IMG/VR virus record: IMGVR_UViG_3300032307_000117
Location: 1-64,000 of that record
Source of the DNA: a virus
Strand: one strand, 5' to 3'
DNA length: 64,000 bases
In this document: positions 40,391-50,604 of the stretch, in pieces
Layout of the letters: every line of letters begins with the position of its first letter
Position numbering within the stretch: the first letter of the stretch is position 1
Made by a program: the position numbers and the translations under genes
Notes under the pieces: generated by a model
Told to the model about the DNA's origin: nothing
What the model saw: the letters and a program-made list of their open reading frames with translations, nothing else
The model's database searches: none

Positions 40391-41503
40391 TTATGAAGCG
40401 TCTGCTCCAGCATCTGCGAACGCAATGGCGTCTTCCTCTTCGAACTGAATACCGAAACGTACGAATACGGTGTACTCAATTGTGTCCTTCTTTGCAACGT
40501 ACTCACGGTTTACAACGATGTCACGCTGGAAACCCCAAACACGGTTAGCTGGGAAGGTTAGGTCAACATAACCATCTGGGTAGTAAGGAACTTCCTGAAC
40601 GTCGATGCCAAGAACACGAGTGGTACGTGCAGTACCAAGTGTCTGAGCAGCTCCGTCTAGGTAAGACTGACGGTTTCTTTCGGTTCCGCCAGTAGCTGGT
40701 GAAAATGCTTCAGCAATTGCGTCTGCAAGTGTACCATTGTTCTTTACGATACCCTGGAATGCATCGGTACCTGCGTAGAACTTTAGGTTGTTCTTGATCG
40801 CACGGTACTTACGAGGCATTGCCAAGATGATGTTCTGCATTACGTCTGGAGTCCATGCATTGTTGGCTACTGTTACAACAGCCTCGTGTGCATCTCCAGT
40901 AACGGTCTTGTTAACAAAACCGTTCATGATTGAAAGGAATGCATCTGGGCCAGTTCCTGTTCCGTTGATCGCTAGATCTTCGATGTCATTAGCAAAAGCG
41001 TTTGTCATCAAACGGACTAGGTGGTCCTCAAGTGCACCTCCTTCAATATTGTCTTCTAGTGCTTCAGCAGAAACTTCCCAGTCCAAGCGAATCTTCTTGG
41101 TGGTTAGCTCTACCTTTGAGAATGTTGCACCAGTGTTTGTGTATGTTGCATCAGCCTGGGCTGCAGCACGGATAACACGCTCACCGACGTTAACCTTCTC
41201 TAGTTCCATTGTGTTGGCTCGCATAGTTACACGACGACCGTCTTTGGCGAGAACTGTAGCATCCCACACGTAGTCAATAAAACGACGTGCCTGTTCAGGG
41301 CGTAGGATACCGCTTGCTGCATCACCCGAAGGATTTACGGCATTTGGACCACTTGTAACACCAAATTCGGCTGTTGGGATGTTGCCTAGGGTGTTTAGCC
41401 CTGGATCAGTTACCCCTCCAACACCTCCAGACGCAAATGCACCTTCGCCGTTTACTTCGTTAGCGCCAGCTCCTGGATAGTTTTTCTTAATCTCTTCCGA
41501 CAT
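40391..41503 (-). CDS. major capsid protein (HK97 fold); start MSEEIKK at 41503
   Basis: GILRPEQARRFID, EALEDNIEG, DIEDLAING; AGGAGG SD before 41503; follows the protease. Confidence 0.92.
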   Translation of the reverse strand: MSEEIKKNYPGAGANEVNGEGAFASGGVGGVTDPGLNTLGNIPTAEFGVTSGPNAVNPSGDAASGILRPEQARRFIDYVWDATVLAKDGRRVTMRANTMELEKVNVGERVIRAAAQADATYTNTGATFSKVELTTKKIRLDWEVSAEALEDNIEGGALEDHLVRLMTNAFANDIEDLAINGTGTGPDAFLSIMNGFVNKTVTGDAHEAVVTVANNAWTPDVMQNIILAMPRKYRAIKNNLKFYAGTDAFQGIVKNNGTLADAIAEAFSPATGGTERNRQSYLDGAAQTLGTARTTRVLGIDVQEVPYYPDGYVDLTFPANRVWGFQRDIVVNREYVAKKDTIEYTVFVRFGIQFEEEDAIAFADAGADAS

Positions 41504-41528
41504 ATTGTCACCTCCTAAGTGAATTTTC

Positions 41529-42914
41529 TTATCTAAATAGATCGGCAGTTTTGAGGAAACGTCCGCCCCATAGGGATTTTTCAACCGTTTCAGGTTGATT
41601 CTGTACAATCTCGCCTAGATCGCCAGACTTACGGAAAGCGGTGTCTGCCTCAACAGCATCAATCCTCTTTCCAAACTCATTAAAGTCGCTTTCTGCATCT
41701 GCAAGTTTTGCATTTGCTAGATCAAGTGACTTCTTTAGCTCAGCAATTTCGTCACCAAGTGACTTTACTACTGATGTTAGATCGCTAAAGGCTGTTGTGA
41801 TACCGTCACGAATTTCAGCAACTGCTGCTGTAACGACATCCTCTGACTTAGATACCTCTTCGGTTGACTCAGATTTTTCTACAGCAGGCTCTACAGAAGC
41901 GGAGTCTTCCGACTTCTCCTTGTAGTTGCCCTTCATAGCGTCTTCTTCATCTTCTTCATCGTCTTCATCGTCCATGCCTTCGGAGCCAGCAGCAGGGCCA
42001 CCAGCAGTAGCTGACTTTTCAGCATCTACTTCTTCAGACTTTTCGACATTCAACTCGGCAGCGGTATCTGCCTCTGGAGCGACCTGTGTTTCTTCAACTG
42101 CTGGAGCTTCTGCTACTGGAGCTTCTGCTGCCACGTTTTCTGTTGCGTCAGTCATAGGACTTACCTCCTTAATTATCTTAGAAGTATTAATGCCTTTAGC
42201 ACTATCAACTAAGAACTTTATCATTTCTGGTTTTTCTGTATCCGTCTTTTCAACGAAACCTATGTTTTGCATTTCTATGCCAGAGGTGGGACTTACCTCT
42301 GTTTCGTTTTCGGATAGTAGGACCATGCCAGCTTCGGCATCCCAGAAAACATTTTCAATTACGGTATCTGCATTTGCACCCTGAACGGTGTCTACACCAT
42401 CTACCTTCTGAACAGACAAAATACTAGCAAACTGATTTGCTGGATTGTCTACAAGTGAAAGCTCTACAAGGTCGTATTCTTTGATAATGCGAACCTTGGA
42501 TTCCATCTTCTCATCGTAAGCGTCATCCCACTTGTTCATTCTACCGCCGATTGAAAAACCAGTGTATGTTCCATCTAAAACTTTTTCCCAAGCATCCTGG
42601 GCACCCTTAGAAATATAAGTAGATACGTAAACACCAGAATAAAACTTCTTTGTCTCTGGGTCAAAGTACTTGTCTTCCTTAAACGATAGCATCTTGCCAA
42701 CAGCAATTGGTTGGTGCATTTCACGGATGTTGCCACGGAATTTTGCAAAAGCCTTCATGCTTGCTTCTGCTGTGACAATGTCAGCCTGCTTGTCTACGTT
42801 ATCGAGTGTTGCAAATCCAGAGACAATACGTCTCTCAACGTCCACTTTACTGAACGGCATGGATAGGCGAACATTCTCGCCCTCTGTGTCCCAATGGGCT
42901 TTTGCAATAGTCAT
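41529..42914 (-). CDS. prohead protease fused to acidic scaffold
   Basis: RIVSGFAT, REMH, TGFSIGG, ELSLVDNPAN; acidic/coiled-coil C-half. Confidence 0.9.
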   Translation of the reverse strand: MTIAKAHWDTEGENVRLSMPFSKVDVERRIVSGFATLDNVDKQADIVTAEASMKAFAKFRGNIREMHQPIAVGKMLSFKEDKYFDPETKKFYSGVYVSTYISKGAQDAWEKVLDGTYTGFSIGGRMNKWDDAYDEKMESKVRIIKEYDLVELSLVDNPANQFASILSVQKVDGVDTVQGANADTVIENVFWDAEAGMVLLSENETEVSPTSGIEMQNIGFVEKTDTEKPEMIKFLVDSAKGINTSKIIKEVSPMTDATENVAAEAPVAEAPAVEETQVAPEADTAAELNVEKSEEVDAEKSATAGGPAAGSEGMDDEDDEEDEEDAMKGNYKEKSEDSASVEPAVEKSESTEEVSKSEDVVTAAVAEIRDGITTAFSDLTSVVKSLGDEIAELKKSLDLANAKLADAESDFNEFGKRIDAVEADTAFRKSGDLGEIVQNQPETVEKSLWGGRFLKTADLFR

Positions 42915-42967
42915 ACTACTCCAATTATAGGGCCTTTTTGTAATGATTGTTAAAAACCTACAAAAAA

Positions 42968-44560
42968 CTACTCAGCTGCTCTACCCTCACCCTGTGGATT
43001 TCTACCACTTAGGGTTGTTGGGCTATCAGAAGCGTTGTTAGACCTTTCGGTGTCCCTTGCTCTATTTCCTGAGAGATCCGCCCTAGTATCCGCAGCCTGC
43101 CGTGGTGACATTACAAATGGCATGTCTCCGTCTGGCCTCTGTGGCAAACCAAGAACCTGTCTGGCTTCGTTAGGAACCATAACTTGGGTCTTTACGTATC
43201 TTTCAAGAATCTGGGACTGAGCAATTTCATCAGTCAGGGTTAGCTCGTTAAACTTAAGCTCTAGGATGTCAGTCTTTTCACGAATAATCTTATTAAGAAC
43301 CTTCTCTAGATTCCTCTGAGCTGGTCTTGCCACCTGCTCTTTAAATGTACGATCCTGGGCAAGGGCAGATGCGATGTTTGAAGAATCCCCTCCACCAATC
43401 TTAGATAGCGGAACCTGGTGTGCAATAAGAATGTCGTCTCTGTTTTGCTTGCGGTATTCCTTGAAGGAAGCTTCCTGAACACCGTTCTCAATTGGCTCCA
43501 TTTTAAACTCAACCTTATTAGTCTCTGTATCTCCTGGTAGCGGAACGTAGAGGGTTCTGTGGGACTGACCCTTTAGATTTGTCTGAAGGAATCTAAATAA
43601 CTTATCTTCTGCCTCGTCAGATAGTCTTGCACCCTTTAGGGTTACGACGTATCTAGGAACAGCCTTATTTCCAAAGTAATCAATGTTGTATTGTGATGCT
43701 AGCTGGTCTCCATGCAAAGATCCAATTGCAGCCATAATGTCTGGAATACCATAGAAAGTATTTAGTGGAGAATACTGCTTAAAGTGAATGATCTCGTTTG
43801 GTCTTGGATCATCAGTCATTGGGTTTACGTTAGTTGCCCCGAAATTTCTAAAGTAGACAACCCTGTGACCAATCATCTGGACATAGCCATCACGAAGTCT
43901 ACGGACTCTCATGGTTGTTGCTGGAATGTGCCCCAGGTATCCAATCTGGCCATTTACGGTTCTACCAATTTCTAGGTATCCATTTCCAGTTGCCTGAACA
44001 TCTGTGTAAACCTTTGTCATAACGTTTGTAAAGGACTCGTCATCATTAAGGGTTTCTATCCAGTCCCGCATCTCAATTTTTGCTCGTTCAATTCTGTTTC
44101 TTGCCCTAGCCCTCTGCTCTTCATTAGCAGACTCAAGCTTCATCATAGTCCTATCAGAAACGTGGAAGTCATAACCAAGTCCAACGATATTTTCCACCTT
44201 TGCATCAATGGCTGCGTGGTTGGCAAAAGATGTGTCATAGTAGTTTGCAAGCTCATAAAGATTCCATGGCGGGGTAATGACATCAAACAAGCCATATCCG
44301 TTGTGGTAAACAACTCCAGGGTTAATCTCCTTAGATCTTGCACCGTCTCTACCAGCATTTACAGCAAGGGCATTCCCAAGGTATTGGTCGGTTGCATCAA
44401 CCTTTGCAATCCTGTTGGTTTTTCTTTTAAAGTTATTGCTAATTCCAGAGAACTTCTTTAGCTCTTCCCAAGGCTTGTTAAAGGGGTCTTGCCTTTTAAA
44501 GGTGTCATCTTCTGGTAATAGGTCATCTGTTTTTAGCAGAATTCTCTGGATTTCATCCAT
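42968..44560 (-). CDS. portal protein
   Basis: GNGYLEI, EIIHFK, YGIP, AHQVP, PNEAR..LGL. Confidence 0.92.
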   Translation of the reverse strand: MDEIQRILLKTDDLLPEDDTFKRQDPFNKPWEELKKFSGISNNFKRKTNRIAKVDATDQYLGNALAVNAGRDGARSKEINPGVVYHNGYGLFDVITPPWNLYELANYYDTSFANHAAIDAKVENIVGLGYDFHVSDRTMMKLESANEEQRARARNRIERAKIEMRDWIETLNDDESFTNVMTKVYTDVQATGNGYLEIGRTVNGQIGYLGHIPATTMRVRRLRDGYVQMIGHRVVYFRNFGATNVNPMTDDPRPNEIIHFKQYSPLNTFYGIPDIMAAIGSLHGDQLASQYNIDYFGNKAVPRYVVTLKGARLSDEAEDKLFRFLQTNLKGQSHRTLYVPLPGDTETNKVEFKMEPIENGVQEASFKEYRKQNRDDILIAHQVPLSKIGGGDSSNIASALAQDRTFKEQVARPAQRNLEKVLNKIIREKTDILELKFNELTLTDEIAQSQILERYVKTQVMVPNEARQVLGLPQRPDGDMPFVMSPRQAADTRADLSGNRARDTERSNNASDSPTTLSGRNPQGEGRAAE

Positions 44561-44940
44561 TATTCATCACTTCCATAAGCATCGAAGGTTTTCTTTGCAG
44601 CTATCAAAGCACCAATGTCATTCTCGGATGGGATTAGACCTTGGTTCATTCTATCTGCCTGCTCGCTATACTGCTCATCAGATATCTTTGAGCTTCCTTC
44701 GAAGTAATACTCTTTTCCATCTGGTTCGCCATAATAGGCTGCAGCTGCTCTAAGCTCAGCAATCTTAGACTCATCACCTTTGCGAGAATTGATGCTAAGA
44801 ACGTTACCCTGGCCATCAGTAAACCATTTGCCATTAGCTTTTTTCCAAACGTAAACGCCGAATCCAGTAAAAGATTCGTTTACGATCTGTACTTTTGTGT
44901 CACCAACTTGACCAGGAAATCGTGGTTTTTGCCTTTTCAT
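44560..44940 (-). CDS. hypothetical protein (leaderless start at 44940)
   Basis: TGGTATACT-N7-ATG; coupled to the portal gene. Confidence 0.7.
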   Translation of the reverse strand: MKRQKPRFPGQVGDTKVQIVNESFTGFGVYVWKKANGKWFTDGQGNVLSINSRKGDESKIAELRAAAAYYGEPDGKEYYFEGSSKISDEQYSEQADRMNQGLIPSENDIGALIAAKKTFDAYGSDE

Positions 44941-44958
44941 AACCACCAGTATACCACA

Positions 44959-47900
44959 TTATGCTGGGTCTGTCACGCTAGACTCTAAAAGAACGTTTCT
45001 AAGGACGTTGTATTGATAGTTTTTGAGCCTAAAAGTATTAGAGGTGTTTGTATCTACCTTTAAATCGTCCACAATTATCTTATTTGTTCCAGTGTAAGCC
45101 TTGTAAATGTTAGAGGCATTCAGACCAAGGAAGCTGGCAGACGAGATAACAAGAACATCGTTCCAGGTAAAGGAGTCTAGCCAGTATTCCCAGGTTCTAT
45201 CTAGTGGATCAGTTGTGCTGGACTTAACTCTTAGCCATGGCCTAGACACGGTCACCTGGACCTCCTGGAGGCTTGTAGACTGATAATAGGATACATTGTT
45301 GATAAGAACATCCCCCGTAATTCTAAAGGCTCCCTGGTAGTTCTTAAAGTCGATGGTTTGAGAGAAGCTAATCCCTAGCATAGCCCATTCATCTACAGAG
45401 ATCATAGGGTTCTTGGCAGCATTTCCATTTACATAAAATACTATTCCGTCCTCTACCATTCCAGTATTTGCATTTATAGCGTAGATTCTTCCACGTTTTC
45501 TGTCTGGTTGAGAAGAAACAACGTAGAACTTTATATATGTGCTCCTACCCTGTATCTCAAAGATTTCTCTAGCTTGCTCAGGAAATAGGCCCTGATTCTG
45601 TAGAATAGCCAATTGAGCTGCAATAATTCTATAGTTTGTAGCAAGGTTTTCGTTTATCGGAATAGATAGCCCTCTACTTACTCCAGGCTCTTCTGGACCC
45701 CTAAGCTGAATACCGCTGTTTTTTGTCAGGTATAGGTAGGGTGTGCTGCCCTTGTAAATACTAATTGGATTTCTTTCCTTGTAAGAAAAATATACGCCAT
45801 ATTTCTTGTATGGAAACATCTTTGCTCCAAATCTTGTACCAATCGGATTTGGGGAGACCTCATTAAATGACTGAGAGGCAAGCTGTAGCTTTTTGATTTT
45901 TACTGGCTGTGTCAAAATACCTTCGCTTTGCAGCTCTATGTGAACGACAATTTGTAGGTCATTAAAGTTTATGCCACTTGGCATATAAATGACTGAATTG
46001 TCTACAACCTCATACTTTGTATTAAATATGCTTGAGTCTGGAATAACTATCCCATCGGCTGGCAACAATCTGGTATTTGTAAAAGACTTAAATGGTGCAT
46101 TTGGAGACTGAAGATATTGGAATGTTATGTAGGTCTTTACCAATGCGTCGGATGTGTCATAGTATTGCTGTCCCTCTAGCTCTACCGTTTTTGTCACGGC
46201 TGGGTAATTAATATTGAGCTGAATAAAGTCTAGGTCGTAATAGCTGTCACCATTAACATCTGTGACAAATTTTGCAAAGTATGTAAGTGGCAGGTAATCT
46301 TCCCAATAAGAGTCAGTAGCTATATCTAGGATTAGCTTGTTAAATATTATTTTAGGAACCAGAGTATAGCTTGCTGTATGAGCATCAGTGCTTATTACAG
46401 ATCCAGACTCGTAAGATCCTCCGTCTGTTATTGTTGGCCATTCAGTAGTGTTGTAGCTACCGCCATCAAGATCTGTTAGCTCATTAAATGGGTCTCCGAA
46501 ATCGTTAAAAATATCGTTATAGGGAATAAGGCCATTGTCATTAAAGGCATCGTATATCTTATCTAAGTTTCTTTCCGAACAAATAGCGACCTTATAGATC
46601 TTGCCGCTGAAAGTATTTGTAAGGTCTTTATTGCCACCAACGTATAGTTTTAGCCCATCCTTGTTACCAAAGAATGACAATAGGTTGCCGCCTACTGACT
46701 CTGCAAACCGTTTTATGTCAAAGCCTACGGAAAACTCTGTGCCCTCAACATACTGGTTTGATGTTGTAAGAATATTCTGCTCTGCACCCTGTCCAAATTT
46801 TAGCTTGTATACAACTTCTCTATCTACGAGACTTACTGTCAGGTAATTATTTGTTAGCTCATTTACTAGCTGTAGCAGTACCTGTTCAGATGGGGATGCT
46901 TCCATAAACTTGAATATGCCATATACTGCTTTTGGATCTTGACCTATTAGATTTAGGCTAGGGAACAATATGTGACCCTGTGAGCTATCCCAGTCTGAAT
47001 CTGGCCTAAGGCTTATAAATGTCTTTAGGTCATCTTGGGCAGCTAGGCAATCTGCGTACCAGTCACTACTAGGGTTATTTCTAAATACTATTTCTGGCAA
47101 CGAGTAAGATGGGGAAGACAGTGTGTTGTTTTGTACAGAAACGTTCTCCTGAACTCCCTGACTCCATCTACCAATATCTGGATACAAATAGTTATTTGCA
47201 TAATCTGCAAATGGATAATCTATAAATACAGATGTTCCACTATATGCGGTGTTAATGTTTTCTGGAAATTCCACACCCTGGCCATACACCCACCTTCTTT
47301 TAGCAACAATTGCTGGAACAGAATATGGGTAAAGAGCCACACAGTCTATTTCTATTGGGTCTACGTCATCATATGCATAGAATCCTAACCAGTCTTGGCT
47401 TCTTCCAAACTCGTCAAATTCTTTTGGTAGCTGTAGATTGGCAGTATCTACGTCAAGGAATAGAACTTCTTCTCCGTTTATCATAAGGCTGGCAGAATTA
47501 TTAAGAACTCTAATATTAATAAGCATTGGCCTAAACCATTCCCCGACAAAGTGCGAAGAAAATGCATCTCCAACCTTCAGAGTTATAAACGGCCCATCTA
47601 CATAAAGTCCATCTGTAGATGCTATTGGTCCAAAGATTCTTTTATTTTCTGTAGTATTGGAGTTTAGTCTTAGCCACATCTCCATGGTATATTCTTTATA
47701 TTGACCAACATCATTCAAGAATCCAGATCCAGGAATTATTAAGGATGGACCGTCTGGATTTGGGGAAATCTTTGTAACGCTAGATGCCCCATAAACCAAT
47801 GGTACACCAGAGTTTTTTGCAAACAAAAAGTTATCTTTTGCTAAATAGTATCCAGGCAGATCCTGCAATCCATAAGCCCTTGCTTCAATTCCATGACTCA

Positions 47901-48546
47901 TAGACAGAGCAATATTCTTGTCCGATAAGTCTTCTAAGTCTACCCCCAAAGAGCTTGTGCTAAAGTTCTCTGACCACTGCCCTAGAGTTAATCCATTTAT
48001 CAAAAACGGATACTCTGTAATTTCTGGGGTCGCTTCATATTTAAGCTTAAGAATTATTCTTATTCCCTCAGTGGTTTCTGGGATTTCAAAGGTCTCTGAT
48101 AAAAATATCCAGCGATTAAATATGCTGCTAACAAAGCTCTTTGTTTGTGTAACTGTATCTAGTGTATCTGGATCTGTATACTCGTATCCAAGCTCAAAGC
48201 CACTGACTAGCGGAGTTTCTGGATATACGTATACCCCAATAGAAAATGTGCCAAGATCCTGATTCATTTGTGGTACTGGGAATCCCTCGTTTTTAAAGCA
48301 TACCACTTCTGGATCTGCGGGAGACCCAATAACCCTGCTTACAACACTATTAATAAAAGGCTCGTCAGAAATTGTTTCTGGTCCAGTCGCCTCTCCATTA
48401 ACAATGCCCCATTCGGTTTCATTAAAAAACTGGCGGTCTTGCTCGTTAATAAAAGACACAAAATCTGCCTTGTCATCTAGAGACCATAAAGCCGTAGGAT
48501 GCTCTGCGAACACCTTTTCAGCATAGAGGTTTGATGGAGATGACAT
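44959..48546 (-). CDS. large virion structural protein with LamG/ConA-like domains
   Basis: 1195 aa; HPTALWSLDD, YTMEMWLR, LYVGG...FSGKIY LamG-like patterns; leaderless promoter TGGTAAACT at 48553-48561. Confidence 0.6.
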   Translation of the reverse strand: MSSPSNLYAEKVFAEHPTALWSLDDKADFVSFINEQDRQFFNETEWGIVNGEATGPETISDEPFINSVVSRVIGSPADPEVVCFKNEGFPVPQMNQDLGTFSIGVYVYPETPLVSGFELGYEYTDPDTLDTVTQTKSFVSSIFNRWIFLSETFEIPETTEGIRIILKLKYEATPEITEYPFLINGLTLGQWSENFSTSSLGVDLEDLSDKNIALSMSHGIEARAYGLQDLPGYYLAKDNFLFAKNSGVPLVYGASSVTKISPNPDGPSLIIPGSGFLNDVGQYKEYTMEMWLRLNSNTTENKRIFGPIASTDGLYVDGPFITLKVGDAFSSHFVGEWFRPMLINIRVLNNSASLMINGEEVLFLDVDTANLQLPKEFDEFGRSQDWLGFYAYDDVDPIEIDCVALYPYSVPAIVAKRRWVYGQGVEFPENINTAYSGTSVFIDYPFADYANNYLYPDIGRWSQGVQENVSVQNNTLSSPSYSLPEIVFRNNPSSDWYADCLAAQDDLKTFISLRPDSDWDSSQGHILFPSLNLIGQDPKAVYGIFKFMEASPSEQVLLQLVNELTNNYLTVSLVDREVVYKLKFGQGAEQNILTTSNQYVEGTEFSVGFDIKRFAESVGGNLLSFFGNKDGLKLYVGGNKDLTNTFSGKIYKVAICSERNLDKIYDAFNDNGLIPYNDIFNDFGDPFNELTDLDGGSYNTTEWPTITDGGSYESGSVISTDAHTASYTLVPKIIFNKLILDIATDSYWEDYLPLTYFAKFVTDVNGDSYYDLDFIQLNINYPAVTKTVELEGQQYYDTSDALVKTYITFQYLQSPNAPFKSFTNTRLLPADGIVIPDSSIFNTKYEVVDNSVIYMPSGINFNDLQIVVHIELQSEGILTQPVKIKKLQLASQSFNEVSPNPIGTRFGAKMFPYKKYGVYFSYKERNPISIYKGSTPYLYLTKNSGIQLRGPEEPGVSRGLSIPINENLATNYRIIAAQLAILQNQGLFPEQAREIFEIQGRSTYIKFYVVSSQPDRKRGRIYAINANTGMVEDGIVFYVNGNAAKNPMISVDEWAMLGISFSQTIDFKNYQGAFRITGDVLINNVSYYQSTSLQEVQVTVSRPWLRVKSSTTDPLDRTWEYWLDSFTWNDVLVISSASFLGLNASNIYKAYTGTNKIIVDDLKVDTNTSNTFRLKNYQYNVLRNVLLESSVTDPA

Positions 48547-48586
48547 ATTCCTAGTTTACCATATCTGCAGTTAATTAATTAAGGTT

Positions 48587-49927
48587 TTACACTTTTACGA
48601 TTGTATCCGATAAAACAACATCGCTTGTTGGTCTTCCGCCTGGGTCTCCGCCAAACAGGGACGGAGGGCTACCTTCCAAAAAAGTGGCATCTGATATTGT
48701 AAGCGATCCATTAGATTCTGAAAATGATCCAGCAACAACAGTAAAAGTCTGCCCCTCCATCTTATAAGATCCTAAAACTGAACCGTCTGTTGGCAATGAC
48801 AAAAGCATGTGTCTTTTGTTTCCAAGATAAGGAAAGGCAGTTGATTGAAGAAGAATTAGGCTGTCTTTTGGAAGCCTTGAGTCTACAGTTTGCAAGTTAC
48901 TAGAAGTAATAGATGCAAGTCTTTGCAATTGCAATGCCCCAGAACTGTTGTACTTTACAAAAAACATAGCGCTTCCAGATGCTCCAGTTACATAGCAGTT
49001 AGACGATGAGTCTACGTGAATTTTATCAAAGCCATATATGTTGGGTCCAAAAAGATTTTTTTGCCAAAGGATGTCCCCCGCTGGACTTAATTTTACTACA
49101 ATTGCTTTGGATGGGCTTCCATTTATTCCAGGGTCTGAAATTAGAAGATAAATATTATTCGAGGGGTCTGTAGCAGTACTAACTGGCATAATTCTAGAGC
49201 CTGCAGGAGAAACTATTAGCTTTTGCCATTGTAGCGTTCCAGAAGAGTTATACTTTGCAATAAGACCTCCCTCTGCCCAACCACTGCCCAAAAAATTTCT
49301 TTGCCTAGCTGCTGGAATAATAATGTTTCCAGAGCTATCTATCGTAGGTGGAACTCCAGCAAAAATACCATCCGCAGATTCGGTACCATTTCCATCTATT
49401 ACAGAGTTGTTTCTCAGCATTCTTTGAAACAAAACGCTTCCAGAATTATTTAATTTAGAAAGAACCATGGCGTTTGGAGACTGAAAACCGCTAAAAATCA
49501 TGTATCTATTTTCTGAAGAATCTAGGCAGTGACCACCCCAAAATCCAGATCCATAAATTATCCTCCACTGCTCTACCCCAGAAGAGTCTCTCCTAGAAAT
49601 ATATGGGCTACTAGAGTTTCTAATGTTTGCTGTGTATATGTTTCCAGAACTAGAAACATTAAATGCGTTTTGATAGAACCACTCTTCTTCAAGAGCTACT
49701 CTGTCAAAAACCTTTGAGAACAAGATTGTTCCACCACTATTATATTTTCTTAAAGATGTTTTAGAGGTATTTCTGTACCATCCACCAACATAAATATTTC
49801 CAGAGGAATCGGCATCAAAGGATTTAATTATAGATTCTTCGACTGGGGAGCCTGGTGATCCTATCAATAGAAACCAGTGCTCTGGATTCCTTTCTCCTTC
49901 TTTAACTACTCCGATTGGGATTCTCAA
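48587..49927 (-). CDS. beta-propeller (SBBP-like repeat) protein
   Basis: Repeated DSSGNIY..G...KYNSSG.L.WQ units. Confidence 0.75.
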   Translation of the reverse strand: MRIPIGVVKEGERNPEHWFLLIGSPGSPVEESIIKSFDADSSGNIYVGGWYRNTSKTSLRKYNSGGTILFSKVFDRVALEEEWFYQNAFNVSSSGNIYTANIRNSSSPYISRRDSSGVEQWRIIYGSGFWGGHCLDSSENRYMIFSGFQSPNAMVLSKLNNSGSVLFQRMLRNNSVIDGNGTESADGIFAGVPPTIDSSGNIIIPAARQRNFLGSGWAEGGLIAKYNSSGTLQWQKLIVSPAGSRIMPVSTATDPSNNIYLLISDPGINGSPSKAIVVKLSPAGDILWQKNLFGPNIYGFDKIHVDSSSNCYVTGASGSAMFFVKYNSSGALQLQRLASITSSNLQTVDSRLPKDSLILLQSTAFPYLGNKRHMLLSLPTDGSVLGSYKMEGQTFTVVAGSFSESNGSLTISDATFLEGSPPSLFGGDPGGRPTSDVVLSDTIVKV

Positions 49928-49929
49928 GA

Positions 49930-50592
49930 CTAGCCTCCGATATCCCCAACAAAATAGTAAACGCCATCTAGCTTAACCAGAGTTGCAGCGGCATATTGAG
50001 AAAAAGTAGCAAGCTTTCCATCCCTAGAATTAATCGTAAGTCCACTGCCAGCAACGGTAATTTTGCCATCTCCAGACTGAATGAAGGTCACAGATTGTCC
50101 ATTTTGCAAAACATCTGGAACTGTTATTGTGATATCAAAAGCTCCAGATCCAATTATAGTGTTTGCATCTGTTGCCTGTAGAGTATACGAGGTAGTCTTG
50201 CTTGTTGTAGTTGTTTCTAGCTGAGTGCTGCTTATGGATATGGAAGACTGATTTATAGATACCGTTTCGCTTTGGGCATCATAAGCTAGTGGGCTTGTTG
50301 CATTAGTTACCCCAGAGGGTCCGTCATCACCTTTTATACCAGTGTCACCTTTTGGTCCTGCTGGACCTGCTGGCCCCAGTGGTCCAACTGGGCCCTGTGG
50401 TCCAACTGGGCCCTGTGGTCCTGGAACACCTTCGGCTACATAGGGAAGGTCTACCCACTCGGTTGCTCCATCTCCAACTTTTAGATTGGTAGTGTCTGAC
50501 TCAAATCCAATTTCACCATCTTCCAGTATTGGATTTGCGGTTTCCCACTGAGCCGCCGTACCACGCCTCTGTCTAGTTCTAACGAAAGTCAT
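49930..50592 (-). CDS. fibre protein: Mtd-N-like domain + collagen + C-terminal beta domain
   Basis: QRRGTAAQW...[15 protein letters not shown]...W..LPY; GXY repeats; ends YFVGDIGG. Confidence 0.8.
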   Translation of the reverse strand: MTFVRTRQRRGTAAQWETANPILEDGEIGFESDTTNLKVGDGATEWVDLPYVAEGVPGPQGPVGPQGPVGPLGPAGPAGPKGDTGIKGDDGPSGVTNATSPLAYDAQSETVSINQSSISISSTQLETTTTSKTTSYTLQATDANTIIGSGAFDITITVPDVLQNGQSVTFIQSGDGKITVAGSGLTINSRDGKLATFSQYAAATLVKLDGVYYFVGDIGG

Positions 50593-50604
50593 ATATTTCT
50601 CCTA

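Noticed and set aside
40391-41608. 405-aa capsid ORF with N-terminal extension
   Set aside because: The extension overlaps the protease gene; a strong AGGAGG SD supports the start at 41503.
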